Shown: positions 46,519-56,469, counted from the stretch's first letter. The stretch: 64,000 nt of DNA from Alphaproteobacteria bacterium (GCA_965205265.1 CBDBGH010000003.1:4608001-4672000), one strand, 5' to 3'. Notes: a model not told the origin generated them from the sequence alone. Program-made: numbers and translations.

Positions 46519-47283
46519 TCAGCTGTTCCACCAGGGCATGTCGTTGAAGGAGCGCAGGTCGATTTCATTCGACCAGGTGGAACGGTGCTGGTGTGCGAGG
46601 TGGACATAGGTGTCGGCGATCTTCTCCGGCAGCATGAGGCCGTCATGCTCCATGCCGCGGCTCTCGCGCAGCGCCCGGTATTTTTCCGGCCCCAGCATCT
46701 TGCCGAGCGTGTCCGGGGTATCGACCGCGCCGTCGATCAGGATATGGACGATGTGGACGCCCTGGGGCCCGAACTCGGCGTTCAGCGTCTGGCACAGCAT
46801 GCGCCGCCCCGCCATGGAAGCCGCGTGCGAGTGCTGGCCCCTGTTGCCGCGCACCGCTGCCGTCGATGAGGTGACCAGGATGGCGCCGCCGCCGCGCTCG
46901 ACCATGCGGGGGCAGACGGCCGAGGCCGTGCGGAACAGCCCGAAGGTCGCCATGCGCCAGCCCAGTTCGAAGACCTTGCAGCTGGTCGCCTCCAGGCTCC
47001 GGTCGCCCACCTGCGAGCCGAGGTTGTAGAGGACCACCCGTATCGGCCCGATATCCGCCTCGACGGCGGCGATCCGGTCCTCGATGCTGTCCGGCTGGAC
47101 GGCGTTGAGCAGATAGCCCGTGGCGTCGCCGCCCTCGCTCCTGATGCCTTCCACCAGCCGGTTCAGGCCGTCCTCGTCGCTGCGGCGGCAAAGGACGGCG
47201 TGGTAGCCCTCGCGCGCGAAGCGGCTTCCGACGGTTCCGCCGATTCCGGCGCCGGCGCCGATGACGAGGCAAACGGGTTTCAT
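46519..47283 (-). CDS. SDR family oxidoreductase
   Basis: GAGAGIG, YNLG, TSSTA, HI.IDG.VD. Confidence 0.88.
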   Translation of the reverse strand: MKPVCLVIGAGAGIGGTVGSRFAREGYHAVLCRRSDEDGLNRLVEGIRSEGGDATGYLLNAVQPDSIEDRIAAVEADIGPIRVVLYNLGSQVGDRSLEATSCKVFELGWRMATFGLFRTASAVCPRMVERGGGAILVTSSTAAVRGNRGQHSHAASMAGRRMLCQTLNAEFGPQGVHIVHILIDGAVDTPDTLGKMLGPEKYRALRESRGMEHDGLMLPEKIADTYVHLAHQHRSTWSNEIDLRSFNDMPWWNS

Positions 47284-47693
47284 GCAAGGTCGCTCCGCAA
47301 CGCCGTGTAAATTGTGCCTGGCGCGCCCAGTTTCTTCAGGCGCGCGGCGGGCAGGCGCTTCAACGTTCCGTTGCGCGGGTCGATGTCGATGCCGACGGAT
47401 TCCAGCGCCGTCACGCCGAGGATCGGCTCGGTCCCCCTGTCGCCGAAGATGATCGTGCCGCCCACAATCTCTCCCATGAACTCCAGCCGTCCGACCGCGA
47501 TATCCATGGCAACCGTGTTGCCGTCGGCGAGTTCGTAAAGGCGGCGCGCCTCGGGCTCCAGCCCGATGGCCTCCAGGCGGTCTCTGGGCACCAGCGAATC
47601 GGTCGCGCCGGTATCGACCAGGAACAATCCGTCCCACGCCCGCTCACGGTCCGCGGGATTGCTGACGGTAACCGTCACATGGATGGCGCCCAA
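47280..47693 (-). CDS. clan AA aspartic protease (retropepsin-like)
   Basis: LVDTGA, LADG, ILGVTALE; TTG start after GGAGG. Confidence 0.85.
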   Translation of the reverse strand: MGAIHVTVTVSNPADRERAWDGLFLVDTGATDSLVPRDRLEAIGLEPEARRLYELADGNTVAMDIAVGRLEFMGEIVGGTIIFGDRGTEPILGVTALESVGIDIDPRNGTLKRLPAARLKKLGAPGTIYTALRSDLA

Positions 47694-47725
47694 GACTGTC
47701 CTCCATCGCTTGCCGCACCCGGCCC

Positions 47726-47742
47726 GTGGTGCCCCCGGGGAG
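47726..47742 (-). repeat. att-like copy of the tRNA-Leu(CAA) 3' end
   Basis: Reverse complement CTCCCCGGGGGCACCAC is identical to 50479-50495. Confidence 0.8.
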
Positions 47743-47861
47743 CCGCGTCCCCTCCGGTAAGCAGTTGTTATAAAAGGCAATTTCGTGTCTGCTTGCTTCA
47801 AGCCTACCCTTCAAACCACCTTTCCACCCGTGTTTGCATGTGACTGTATGTCACGGGAAGG

Positions 47862-47897
47862 GAAAGAGAAAGGCCAACGGACGAATCCGTTGGCCTT
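47862..47897 (-). terminator. intrinsic terminator
   Basis: 12-bp perfect stem AAGGCCAACGGA/TCCGTTGGCCTT with a TTCG loop, followed by TCTCTTT on the minus strand. Confidence 0.6.
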
Positions 47898-48203
47898 GGG
47901 GGGACAAGCTCGCTGAGCAGTGTGGGGTGCATGGTGTTCAGGCCATCAACAAGACAACAGCAGACCACGGAGGAGCATGACCCGGCTTGAGGGAATCCCT
48001 CTACCGACTCATCACCTTCGGCACACAAGGTGCCATGCTGCAACGAAACTGAGCCTCCCTTGTTGCCAGTATGCCACAGTGCAATTGCAAAAAGCAAGCA
48101 AGGCTTCCTCGTGAATTGGAATCGGGTCGGTGTGACGGTAAGATTGTCAATGTTCAGGCCATCAATCTGAACACGACATAATCGCAGGATATGGAGGACA
48201 GTA

Positions 48204-48515
48204 ATGTTCCGGTTAGCCCACGTATGCCCTGCGTGCAACACCATCAATGTCTGGTGGTACGGCGCGAAGCTCGGCGATACTATCAAGTGTCGGGGGTCGA
48301 CTTGTCGCAAAATCCTTCGCCTGGTCCGGGAAGGTGGCATTCGGGCGCAAAAGCTCCCCATGCCGGCAGATAATCATCAGGTTGACGAGACCTCGAAGGG
48401 TTGCATTGCTGTTACCCTGAGGATTGCCTGGCGCGGCACAGGGCTGATCACCGGAACAATCGGACGGCTGTTCCGGATTGCCATCGTCACCTTGGCATTC
48501 ATGCTCAAGGTTTGA
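48204..48515 (+). CDS. small zinc-ribbon-like hypothetical protein
   Basis: Strong GGAGG RBS; CPAC...CRGSTC; hydrophobic C-terminus; lies in a lower-GC island remnant. Confidence 0.5.
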   Translation: MFRLAHVCPACNTINVWWYGAKLGDTIKCRGSTCRKILRLVREGGIRAQKLPMPADNHQVDETSKGCIAVTLRIAWRGTGLITGTIGRLFRIAIVTLAFMLKV

Positions 48516-48716
48516 ACCACACCATCAGCACTGCCGTCTTGATTGCGCCTCGGGACGGTAGTGCCTCCCTTGAAACTCCATGCGCCACCTTCTAATCCAC
48601 CCTTTTGGGTGGTGTCGGCATGAATTAGTATGGTTCTCTTTAGACGAATATACATAGAAAGATAACGCTTTTTCAAGTGGTTAGGATGATATATGGTCCG
48701 ACATGCTCCGCCGAAG

Positions 48717-48804
48717 TGGTGCCCAGGAGAAGACTCGAACTTCCACGGCCTTGCGGCCACAGGTACCTGAAACCTGCGCGTCTACCAAATTCCGCCACCT
48801 GGGC
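48717..48804 (-). tRNA. tRNA-Leu(CAG)
   Basis: GCCCAGG acceptor, anticodon stem CAGGT/ACCTG with loop TTCAGGT, long variable arm, GTTCGAGT, encoded CCA. Confidence 0.96.
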
Positions 48805-48877
48805 ATGGGGCCGGCGGGAGACGGCGTGATAAGAGGAAGGCGCACATCTGTCAACGACCGGACAGGACAGCTATCCC

Positions 48878-50362
48878 GTGACCGATCGATCCCTCCGCGA
48901 CTTTATCGCCCGACTGGAAGGGGCAGGCCGGCTCAGACGGATATCCGCGCCCGTGTCGCCCGAGCTGGAGGTGACCGAGATCCACCGCCGCGTGCTGCAG
49001 GCGGGCGGGCCGGCGCTCCTGTTCGAAAACCTGCGCCGTGCGGACGGCAGCCCCTGGAGCATGCCCGCGCTCGCCAACCTGTTCGGCACCGTGGAGCGCG
49101 TCGCCTGGGGCATGGGGCGCGAGCCGGAGGGGCTGCGCGAAGTCGGCGAAACGCTGGCCTTTCTCCGCCAGCCGGAGCCGCCGGGCGGCTGGCGCGAAGC
49201 GGTGGGCATGCTGCCGCTGCTCAGGACCATGCTCTCCATGGCGCCGCGCACCGTCCGGCGCGGGGCCGTGCAGGAGGTCGTGCTGGAGGGAGACGACATC
49301 GACCTCGGGCGCTTCCCGGTCCAGACCTGCTGGCCGGACGAGCCTGCCCCGCTCATCACATGGCCGCTGGTGGTGACGCGGGGGCCGGGGCGGACGGCCG
49401 AGGACGACTTCAACCTCGGTATTTACAGGATGCAGGTCACCGGGCGGAACACGACCCTGATGCGCTGGCTGAAGCATCGCGGCGGCGCCGGCCATCATGC
49501 GCGCTGGGCGGCGGAGAAGCGCGAACCGCTGCCCGCTGCCGCCGTGATCGGCGCGGACCCGGCAACCATCCTTGCCGCCGTCACGCCGCTGCCCGAGACG
49601 CTGTCGGAATACCGCTTTTCCGGCCTCCTGGCGAGCCGGTGCCTCGACCTCGTCGATTGCCGCACCGTGCCGCTCAAGGTGCCGGCCGAGGCCGAGATCG
49701 TGCTGGAGGGCCATGTCTCGCTGGACGATTACGGCGAGGAAGGCCCCTATGGCGACCATACCGGCTATTACAACGCGGTCGAGCGCTTCCCCGTGTTCAC
49801 GGTCTCGGCGATCACCATGCGCCGCGAGCCGATCTACCTCACCACCTATACCGGCCGCCCGCCCGACGAGCCGTCCGTGCTGGGCGAGGCGCTGAACGAG
49901 GTCTTCATCCCGCTGCTGCAGGCGCAGTTCCCGGAAATCCGCGATTTCTGGCTGCCGCCGGAGGGCTGCTCCTACCGCATTGCCGTGGTCTCGATCCGCA
50001 AGGCCTATCCGGGCCACGCCAAGCGCGTCATGTTCGGCGTCTGGTCCTATCTGCGCCAGTTCATGTACACCAAGTGGGTGATCGTCGTGGACGACGACAT
50101 CGACGCGCGCGACTGGAAGGATGTCATGTGGGCCATTTCCACCCGCATGGACCCCGCCCGCGACATCACGCTCGTCGAGAACACGCCCATCGACTATCTC
50201 GACTTCGCCAGCCCCGAGAGCGGCCTCGGCTCCAAGATCGGCCTCGACGCCACCGACAAGTGGCCGCCCGAGACCCGGCGCGAATGGGGCCGGAAGCTTG
50301 ACATGAGCGAGGAGGTCCGGGCGCGGATCGCCGCGAGGTGGGAGGAGTTCGGGCTGGATTGA
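48878..50362 (+). CDS. ubiD: UbiD family prenylated-FMN-dependent decarboxylase
   Basis: [61 protein letters not shown]. Confidence 0.93.
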   Translation: MTDRSLRDFIARLEGAGRLRRISAPVSPELEVTEIHRRVLQAGGPALLFENLRRADGSPWSMPALANLFGTVERVAWGMGREPEGLREVGETLAFLRQPEPPGGWREAVGMLPLLRTMLSMAPRTVRRGAVQEVVLEGDDIDLGRFPVQTCWPDEPAPLITWPLVVTRGPGRTAEDDFNLGIYRMQVTGRNTTLMRWLKHRGGAGHHARWAAEKREPLPAAAVIGADPATILAAVTPLPETLSEYRFSGLLASRCLDLVDCRTVPLKVPAEAEIVLEGHVSLDDYGEEGPYGDHTGYYNAVERFPVFTVSAITMRREPIYLTTYTGRPPDEPSVLGEALNEVFIPLLQAQFPEIRDFWLPPEGCSYRIAVVSIRKAYPGHAKRVMFGVWSYLRQFMYTKWVIVVDDDIDARDWKDVMWAISTRMDPARDITLVENTPIDYLDFASPESGLGSKIGLDATDKWPPETRREWGRKLDMSEEVRARIAARWEEFGLD

Positions 50363-50407
50363 GCGGCCCGGCGGCGCTAAATAGCCGTCACCGGGCCCAA
50401 GCCCTGT

Positions 50408-50494
50408 GCCTCTGTGGCGGAATCGGTAGACGCGGCAGACTCAAAATCTGTTGCCCGCAAGGGCGTGGGAGTTCGAGTCTCCCCGGGGGCACCA
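50408..50494 (+). tRNA. tRNA-Leu(CAA)
   Basis: GCCTCTG acceptor, GCAGA-CTCAAAA-TCTGT anticodon arm, variable arm, GTTCGAGT, CCA. Confidence 0.96.
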
Positions 50495-50633
50495 CCTACT
50501 CACCACATAGCGACACATACCGGCACATATATCGTTGATTTTACAAAGAAATACCGCAGAGCACCTTGCCATCGCTCACCACTGATATATACCCGTATCC
50601 ACCTATCAGGGTAGATAGAAAGGTGGATAGCAT

Positions 50634-51788
50634 ATGACCAAAAGTAACGTCCTCACACACCTCAAGGCCCAGAACCTCGGCGAGGGGAAATACGCGGACG
50701 GTCAGGGACTGTGGTTGGTAAAGACCAAGAAGGAAGCCGGCAGGTGGGTGCTTCGTCTGGTGGTCAACGGTAGACGGCGGGAAATGGGGCTGGGGCGATT
50801 TCCGGACGTTTCCATCGCCGAAGCTCGGGAGACCGCCGCCGAGGCACGACGCACCCTGCGACACGGGCTTGATCCGGTCGCGGAGCGCCAGAAGTGCCGG
50901 CAGCGTGACGAACGCCGGCTGACGGTCGCGGACGCCGTGGAGGGCTGTTTCCGTGCACGGCAAGCCGAGCTCAAGGGAGACGGGAAAGCCGGTCGCTGGC
51001 TCTCCCCGCTCACGACCCATGTGTTGCCGATGATCGGCACTGAACCCATAGAATCCGTAGACCAGCATGTCCTGAAACGCATTCTCGCCCCGCTATGGCA
51101 CGAGAAGCCGGAAGCCGCCAAGAAGGCACTGAATCGGATGAACCTGACCTTGCAGTATGCCGCCGCCCTGGGTCTCTCGGTTGACTTGCAGGCGACCATG
51201 AAGACACGAGCATTGCTCGGCAAACAGCGGCATACCGTGGTGCATATCCCGTCGCTTCCCTACGAGGAGGCGCCCGCCTTCTACCGGTGGCTCTGCACCA
51301 AAGACGTGACCGCCGCCGTGGCGCTCCGCTTCCTCATCCTCACGGTCACCCGGACAAGCGAAGTGCGGTTCGCCACCTTCGCCGAGATTGACGGGGCTGT
51401 CTGGCACATCCCGACCGGAAAAACCAAAAGCGGCACCGAACACCGCGTGCCGCTCTCTCAGGAAGCCCTGGCCGTTCTTCGGGATGTTCATCGCTCCTCA
51501 GATCAGGAACTCCTGTTTTCCTCACGACAGGGCAATCCGCTCTCGGACGCGGCTCTGTCCCGCTTCATGCAACGGGAAGGGTTCAGCGCCCGGCCTCACG
51601 GCTTTCGGGCAACCTTCCGGACGTGGGTAGAGGAGACCACGGACACGCCGTTTGAAGTCAAGGAGAGTGCCCTGGGCCATCAGGTGGACGGCGGTGTTGT
51701 CCGTGCCTACCAGCGATCCGACCGGCTGGAGAAGCGCCGAGCCCTCATGGACGCATGGGCTCTGTTTCTGACCTCCGGAAGGGCGTAG
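50634..51788 (+). CDS. tyrosine integrase (P4/IntA-like with arm-binding domain)
   Basis: YADGQGLWL, RREMGLG.FPDVS; catalytic R (RTSE), K (TKS), HGFR, LGH and Y (RAY.RSD). Confidence 0.95.
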   Translation: MTKSNVLTHLKAQNLGEGKYADGQGLWLVKTKKEAGRWVLRLVVNGRRREMGLGRFPDVSIAEARETAAEARRTLRHGLDPVAERQKCRQRDERRLTVADAVEGCFRARQAELKGDGKAGRWLSPLTTHVLPMIGTEPIESVDQHVLKRILAPLWHEKPEAAKKALNRMNLTLQYAAALGLSVDLQATMKTRALLGKQRHTVVHIPSLPYEEAPAFYRWLCTKDVTAAVALRFLILTVTRTSEVRFATFAEIDGAVWHIPTGKTKSGTEHRVPLSQEALAVLRDVHRSSDQELLFSSRQGNPLSDAALSRFMQREGFSARPHGFRATFRTWVEETTDTPFEVKESALGHQVDGGVVRAYQRSDRLEKRRALMDAWALFLTSGRA

Positions 51789-52013
51789 CGGACGTTCAGG
51801 GGAGCGAAGGGGCTGACGCCCCTTCGCCCTCCCGTATCTCTTCCATCGTTTGTCCTTGGGGACATTCTTGCCCGCTTTTTCCGTCCCCGCCAGTACCGGC
51901 GACTCTTGCTCAATCGTTTCTCCGGTATCGTTCTACCCACCGGCTACCGCTCTTTGTTCGGGTAAAACGTCTCTGTACTGAATGGTAAGCGATGCGGGCG
52001 GGTCACCCGGATT

Positions 52014-53657
52014 TCAGCTTGACGACGGCTTGAAGTTCCACGGGAGCAGGTCGTCGATGCGGTCGTTGGGATGGCCGACCGCGATGGCTTCGAGGGTGGC
52101 CTTGAGCCAGGCGTAGGGCTCGACCCCGTTCAACCTGGCGGTCTGGGTGAGTGAAGCGATCCGGCCCCAGGCGACTGCGCCTTCGTCGTGACCCGCGAAG
52201 AGCGCGTTTTTCCTTGTAAGGGCAATCGGCCGGGCGAGGTTCTCGACGGCATTGCTGTCCATCTCGACGCGGCCGTCGGCGAGGAACAGCCGGAGGCCGT
52301 CCCAGTGACGGGCGATATAGGCGAGCTTCTCGCCGAGGCGGGACTTGGGCGAGATGCGGGCGCGCTGCTGCTTCAGCCAGTCGCCGAAGGCCTCGACCAG
52401 GGGCGCGGAGCGCGCGTGTCGTTCTGCGAGACGTTGCTCGGGCGGGCTGCCGCGGATGTCGGCCTCGATGGCGTAGAGCTCGGCGATCCGGCGCAGGCCC
52501 TCTGCCGCGATCTCGGAGCCGCTGCTGTCGTAGATCTCGCGGAGCCGGCGCCTCGCGTGGGACCAGCAGTAAGCCAGCCGTATCGGCGCGCCGCCCTTGC
52601 GGCTCGGTCCAGTCAGCCGGTTGTAGCCGGCATAGCCATCCACCTGGAGGATACCATCGAAGCCGTCGAGGAAGCGCTCGGCATATTCACCGCCGCGCCC
52701 GGGCGCATAGAAGTACACAACGCCCGGCGGGTCGGGTCCGCTCCAGGCACGGTCGTCGCGGGCCAGCGCCCACAGCCAGCCGGTCTTGGTCCTGCCGCGG
52801 CCCGGATCGAGCACCGGCGCCCGCGTCTCGTCCATGAACAGCTTCGAAGAGCGCTTGAGATGCTCCGCCAGCCGGTCGGCCACCGGTTTCAGATGGAATG
52901 ACGCCCTGCCGACCCAGCCGGCCAGCGTCGAGCGGTCCAGATCGAGGCCGGAACGGGCATAGACCTGCGCCTGCCGGTGCAACGGGCAATGGTCCAGGTA
53001 TTTGGAGACGAGCACATGGGCGATCGCGCCTTCGGTCGGCAACCCGCCCTCGATCAGCCGGGCCGGCGCCGGCGCCTGGGTGACGCCCTGTTCGCAGGCC
53101 CGGCAGGCGTATTTCGGCCGCACCGTGACGATCACCCGAAGCTGCGCCGGCACGATGTCCAGGCGCTCCGTGCGATCCTCGCCAATCTTCACCATCTCCC
53201 CGCAGCCGCAGGGGCAGAGCGTGCTCTCCGGCTCGACCACCTGCTCGATCCGCTCCAGATGCTCCGGCAAGTGGCCGATATTGCGCGCCGGGCGAGGACG
53301 CTTCGGCGATTGGGCCGGCGTCGGATCTTCCGGCGCGGCCGCTGCTTCGATCTCCGCCGCCGCGCCCTCAAGGTCCTCGAACGCCAGCTGGCGCTCGTCC
53401 GCCGACAGCTTCTCCGACCTCTTGCCATACAGAAGGCGGATCAGTTCGAGGTTCAGATGTTCGAGACGGCGGATGCGCTCCGCCTGAGCCCCGTTGCGGT
53501 CCGTCAGAACTTCGTTCTCGCCCGCGAGACAGGCCTTCTCTTCCGCCAGCGTCTCGTTCTCGGCGCGAAGCACCTCCAGCGCCGCGATTGCCTGCACCGC
53601 CGCTTCCCGCTGTTCGGGCGTCAGCGTTCCGAGGTCGATCTCCGCAAGGGCCGGCAT
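52014..53657 (-). CDS. tnpC: IS66 transposase TnpC
   Basis: Coiled coil, YGKRSEK, CPCGC zinc finger, MDET, QVDGYAGY, CWSHARR, DSNAVE. Confidence 0.95.
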   Translation of the reverse strand: MPALAEIDLGTLTPEQREAAVQAIAALEVLRAENETLAEEKACLAGENEVLTDRNGAQAERIRRLEHLNLELIRLLYGKRSEKLSADERQLAFEDLEGAAAEIEAAAAPEDPTPAQSPKRPRPARNIGHLPEHLERIEQVVEPESTLCPCGCGEMVKIGEDRTERLDIVPAQLRVIVTVRPKYACRACEQGVTQAPAPARLIEGGLPTEGAIAHVLVSKYLDHCPLHRQAQVYARSGLDLDRSTLAGWVGRASFHLKPVADRLAEHLKRSSKLFMDETRAPVLDPGRGRTKTGWLWALARDDRAWSGPDPPGVVYFYAPGRGGEYAERFLDGFDGILQVDGYAGYNRLTGPSRKGGAPIRLAYCWSHARRRLREIYDSSGSEIAAEGLRRIAELYAIEADIRGSPPEQRLAERHARSAPLVEAFGDWLKQQRARISPKSRLGEKLAYIARHWDGLRLFLADGRVEMDSNAVENLARPIALTRKNALFAGHDEGAVAWGRIASLTQTARLNGVEPYAWLKATLEAIAVGHPNDRIDDLLPWNFKPSSS

Positions 53658-53712
53658 GGCCAGTCTGGTAGCACAGTGTCGGGACGCGGCACGCCCCGAT
53701 CCGCCCAGTGAG

Positions 53713-54066
53713 TCATTCGGCCTCAGCCGGGCGCCGTGCCGACAGCGCTCGCACACGGCGCCAGTCCAGCCCGGAGAACAGCGCCTCGAACTGCGCATGG
53801 CTCAGCGACATCACCCCGTCGCGGATCGCCGGCCAGACAAAGCCCTGGTCCTCCAGACGCTTGTAGACCATCACCAGGCCGGTCCCGTCCCAGTAGATCA
53901 GCTTCAGCCTGTCAGCTCGTTTCGTACGGAACGCGAAGACCGTTCCCGTGAACGGGTCCTTGCGCAATACGCTCTTCACATGCGCAACAAGGCCGTCGTG
54001 CTGCTTCCTGAAGTCCACGGGCTTCGTCGCAACCACGATCCGGACCCGGTTCGATGGGAAGATCAT
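53713..54066 (-). CDS. tnpB: IS66 accessory protein TnpB
   Basis: PVDFRKQHDGL, RADRLKLIYWDGTG, YKRLE. Confidence 0.93.
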   Translation of the reverse strand: MIFPSNRVRIVVATKPVDFRKQHDGLVAHVKSVLRKDPFTGTVFAFRTKRADRLKLIYWDGTGLVMVYKRLEDQGFVWPAIRDGVMSLSHAQFEALFSGLDWRRVRALSARRPAEAE

Positions 54067-54461
54067 ACCGATGCGTTCAACGCCGACACGATCTCGGCGA
54101 TCCGGCAAGCCGGTGTCGCGGCGTCCAGACGGAGCGTCACCCGGTCCTGGATCACTTCCAGGCGGTCGCTGCCCGCAGCGGGAACCCGGCGCTCATCCTG
54201 ACGCAAGACCACCGGAGCAAAACCCATCTCGCCCTCCGCAGGCAACACCAGAAGGCCCTTCCGTGCCTGGCGGCGCCATTCCGACAGCTGGTTCGAGTTG
54301 ATCTCGTAGCGACGCGCTACCCCGGCGACCGTCGCGCCTTCCTCCAGTGTCTCGGCAACAATCCGCGCTTTCACCGAAGCCGGCCAGCGACGGCGAAAGC
54401 CGCCACGCGCCGGCAACACTTCAACCCTGGCGTTGGTGAGAAGCTCTGCTGAGGGCTCCAA
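54063..54461 (-). CDS. tnpA: IS66 accessory protein TnpA (HTH)
   Basis: RRRW...KARIVAE..EGATV..VARRY....NQL..WRR. Confidence 0.9.
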   Translation of the reverse strand: MEPSAELLTNARVEVLPARGGFRRRWPASVKARIVAETLEEGATVAGVARRYEINSNQLSEWRRQARKGLLVLPAEGEMGFAPVVLRQDERRVPAAGSDRLEVIQDRVTLRLDAATPACRIAEIVSALNASV

Positions 54462-54847
54462 TGAGAAATTCCCTTCGTCTCATTCCGAACCCTAACTCCC
54501 ACATCACCAGGCCTGTATGAAGGTGGGGCGCTCGCACCGCATACAATGTAGCCGGCCAATGTCATCCAAAGTAGCCACCCAGTGTCACCAAAGTAGCCAC
54601 TCCGGAGCGCAGCGACGCGATCACGTTGCTGTCGGCAGGATTCCCTCCGCAGTTTCTCCGTCGTCGATACCACCGCCGAAGGCTTGTCGGCAAGGCGATG
54701 GGGCATGGTGCGCGCGCGACGCGTGACCCCTCACGAGTCGGAGCGGCGCGCGCGCACCATGCTGTGGCACGCCGTCTCGTCTCGCACGGACGCCCCGGAG
54801 CGGAGCGACGCAGACGCCGCGCTCCGCGCGACGCTCCCTCACCGCTC

Positions 54848-55612
54848 TCATGCCTTCGTTCCGGCGCCGGCGTCGTCGGTGCGCATGGACGTGCCGTGCA
54901 GCTCGAAGCGGATAGCGCCGTGAACGAGACGGTCGAGGATAGCGTCCGCCAGCGTCGGATCATTGAGTTGCCGGTGCCAGTCGGCCACCGGCAGTTGCGA
55001 GGTTACGATTACCGAGCGGCGGCCGAAGCGGTCGTCGAGTATTTCGAGGAGATCGCGGCCGCGGGCGGCGTCGATCGGTGCCAGGCCCCAGTCGTCGAGG
55101 ATCAGGACCTCGATCCGGGCGAGGTCGCGGTAGAGCTTCGGCACGGTGCCTTCGCCGTGCGCGATCCGCAGCTCGGTGAGCAGGCGGGGGACGCGCTGGT
55201 ACTGGGCCTGGTGGCCTTCGAGGCAGGCCTTGTGGGCGAGCGCGCAGGAGACCCAGCTCTTGCCCGTGCCGCACGGGCCGGTGATGAGGATGTTGGCGCC
55301 GTTGCGGACCCAGGCGCAGTCTCCGAGGCCGAGAACGACGCTGCGGTCGAGGCCGCGGGGCCGGCTGAGGTTGATGTCCTCGAAGCAGGCGTCCGAGTGG
55401 CGGAGCTGGGCCTTCTTGAGGCGCCGTTGCAGGGCGCGCGAGCGCCGCTCGGCGATCTCGCGGTCGATCAGCAGCCCGAGGCGCTCCTCGAACGGCATGT
55501 CGTCGAGATCGTGGCGCGCCATCTGTTCGAGGAAGGCGGCGTGCATGCCGGGCAGGCGCAATGAAGCGATGCGCTGGGCCAGCGGGTAGGATATGCCATT
55601 GTTGTCGGTCAT
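54848..55612 (-). CDS. istB: IS21 helper ATPase IstB (element A)
   Basis: GPCGTGKS, LILDDWG, TSQLP...W, ADAILDRLVH. Confidence 0.95.
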   Translation of the reverse strand: MTDNNGISYPLAQRIASLRLPGMHAAFLEQMARHDLDDMPFEERLGLLIDREIAERRSRALQRRLKKAQLRHSDACFEDINLSRPRGLDRSVVLGLGDCAWVRNGANILITGPCGTGKSWVSCALAHKACLEGHQAQYQRVPRLLTELRIAHGEGTVPKLYRDLARIEVLILDDWGLAPIDAARGRDLLEILDDRFGRRSVIVTSQLPVADWHRQLNDPTLADAILDRLVHGAIRFELHGTSMRTDDAGAGTKA

Positions 55613-56469
55613 CTATAGTACTCCGGTCCTCTGATGTTCGAGTGGTCGATGGGTGCGGTCTCGGGCCCCTGCGCGTCGGCGAGATCGGCGCCGGTGCGCA
55701 GGATGTTGTCGAGCCCGCGCCAGGTTGCCGATCCGAGCTCCAGGGCGTATCGGCAGGCGCCGTCGAAGCGGTCCGGCTCGTGGCCGTTGGCCAGCCGGAG
55801 GACGCCGTAGCAGGAGCGGAAGCCGAACTCGGGATTGGGGTTGCGATCCATGATCGCAATCACCAGGGCGAGGGCATGGGGGCCGATATTGCGCGCGTCC
55901 CGTTCCAGCCGGGCGCGGGTGTCCTCGACGCCGGCGCGCTGGTGCTTCGGAGGCTGATGTTCCTTGAGGGTGGTCGCGCGGCCCCTCCTGCTGCTCCGCA
56001 GATGGCTGGCGATCTGCTTCCCGCGGTGGAACACGTCGATCACCTGGCCGCGCAGGCGGACATCGACCTCCTTGCCGACATACTGGTAGGGCACCGAGTA
56101 GAACCGGTAGTCGATCGCGATGTGGTAATCGGGGTGGACCGTGTTCTTGCGCCAGACCGTTCGCTGCCAGCGCCGGTCCGGCAGCGGGTTCATGTTCGGG
56201 AGATCGATGGCCTCGAAGCGCTCGTCGCGGCTCTCTCCGGTGCCGTCGGCGTAGGGTCTGGCGTTGATCTTCCGGACCTGGGCGGCGATCGCCCGGTTGA
56301 GCGACGCCAGGTCGTGGAAGACATGCTTGCGCAGCGGCGCGAGGATCCAGCGTTCGGCATGAAGCACGCCGTTCTCGACGAGGCCCTTGTCGCGGGGCTT
56401 CCTCACGCGCGCCGGGAAGCCCTGGGCGCCGTAATGCTCAAGCAGATCGGCGTAGGTCTCGTTCAGGAC
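55609..56469 (-). pseudogene. istA: IstA (element A), C-terminal fragment
   Basis: VLNETYADLLEHYG, PRDKGLVE, DYH, YSVP; continues the fragment at 59267-59935. Confidence 0.88.

Larger units (their letters stand above)
51985..54544 (-). mobile_element. IS66 family element
   Basis: Terminal IRs GTAAGCGATGCGGGCGGGTCACC and GTATGCGGTGCGAGCGCCCCACC; tnpA-tnpB-tnpC order. No 8-bp target duplication visible. Confidence 0.93.

Noticed and set aside
47695-48202. Inverted 12-bp identity ATGGAGGACAGT before the protease and zinc-ribbon genes
   Set aside because: It is mostly Shine-Dalgarno sequence, too short to support an element boundary, and has no target duplication.
48717-48804. Possible selenocysteine or opal (TCA) tRNA
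   Set aside because: The stem CAGGT/ACCTG centres the loop TTCAGGT on CAG, and the D-arm and acceptor stem are typical of tRNA-Leu.
51707-51984. Short ORFs and a hairpin after the integrase (possible excisionase)
   Set aside because: No AlpA or HTH signature was found. The hairpin at 51804-51827 lacks a clear U-tract, and the region is cut by IS66.
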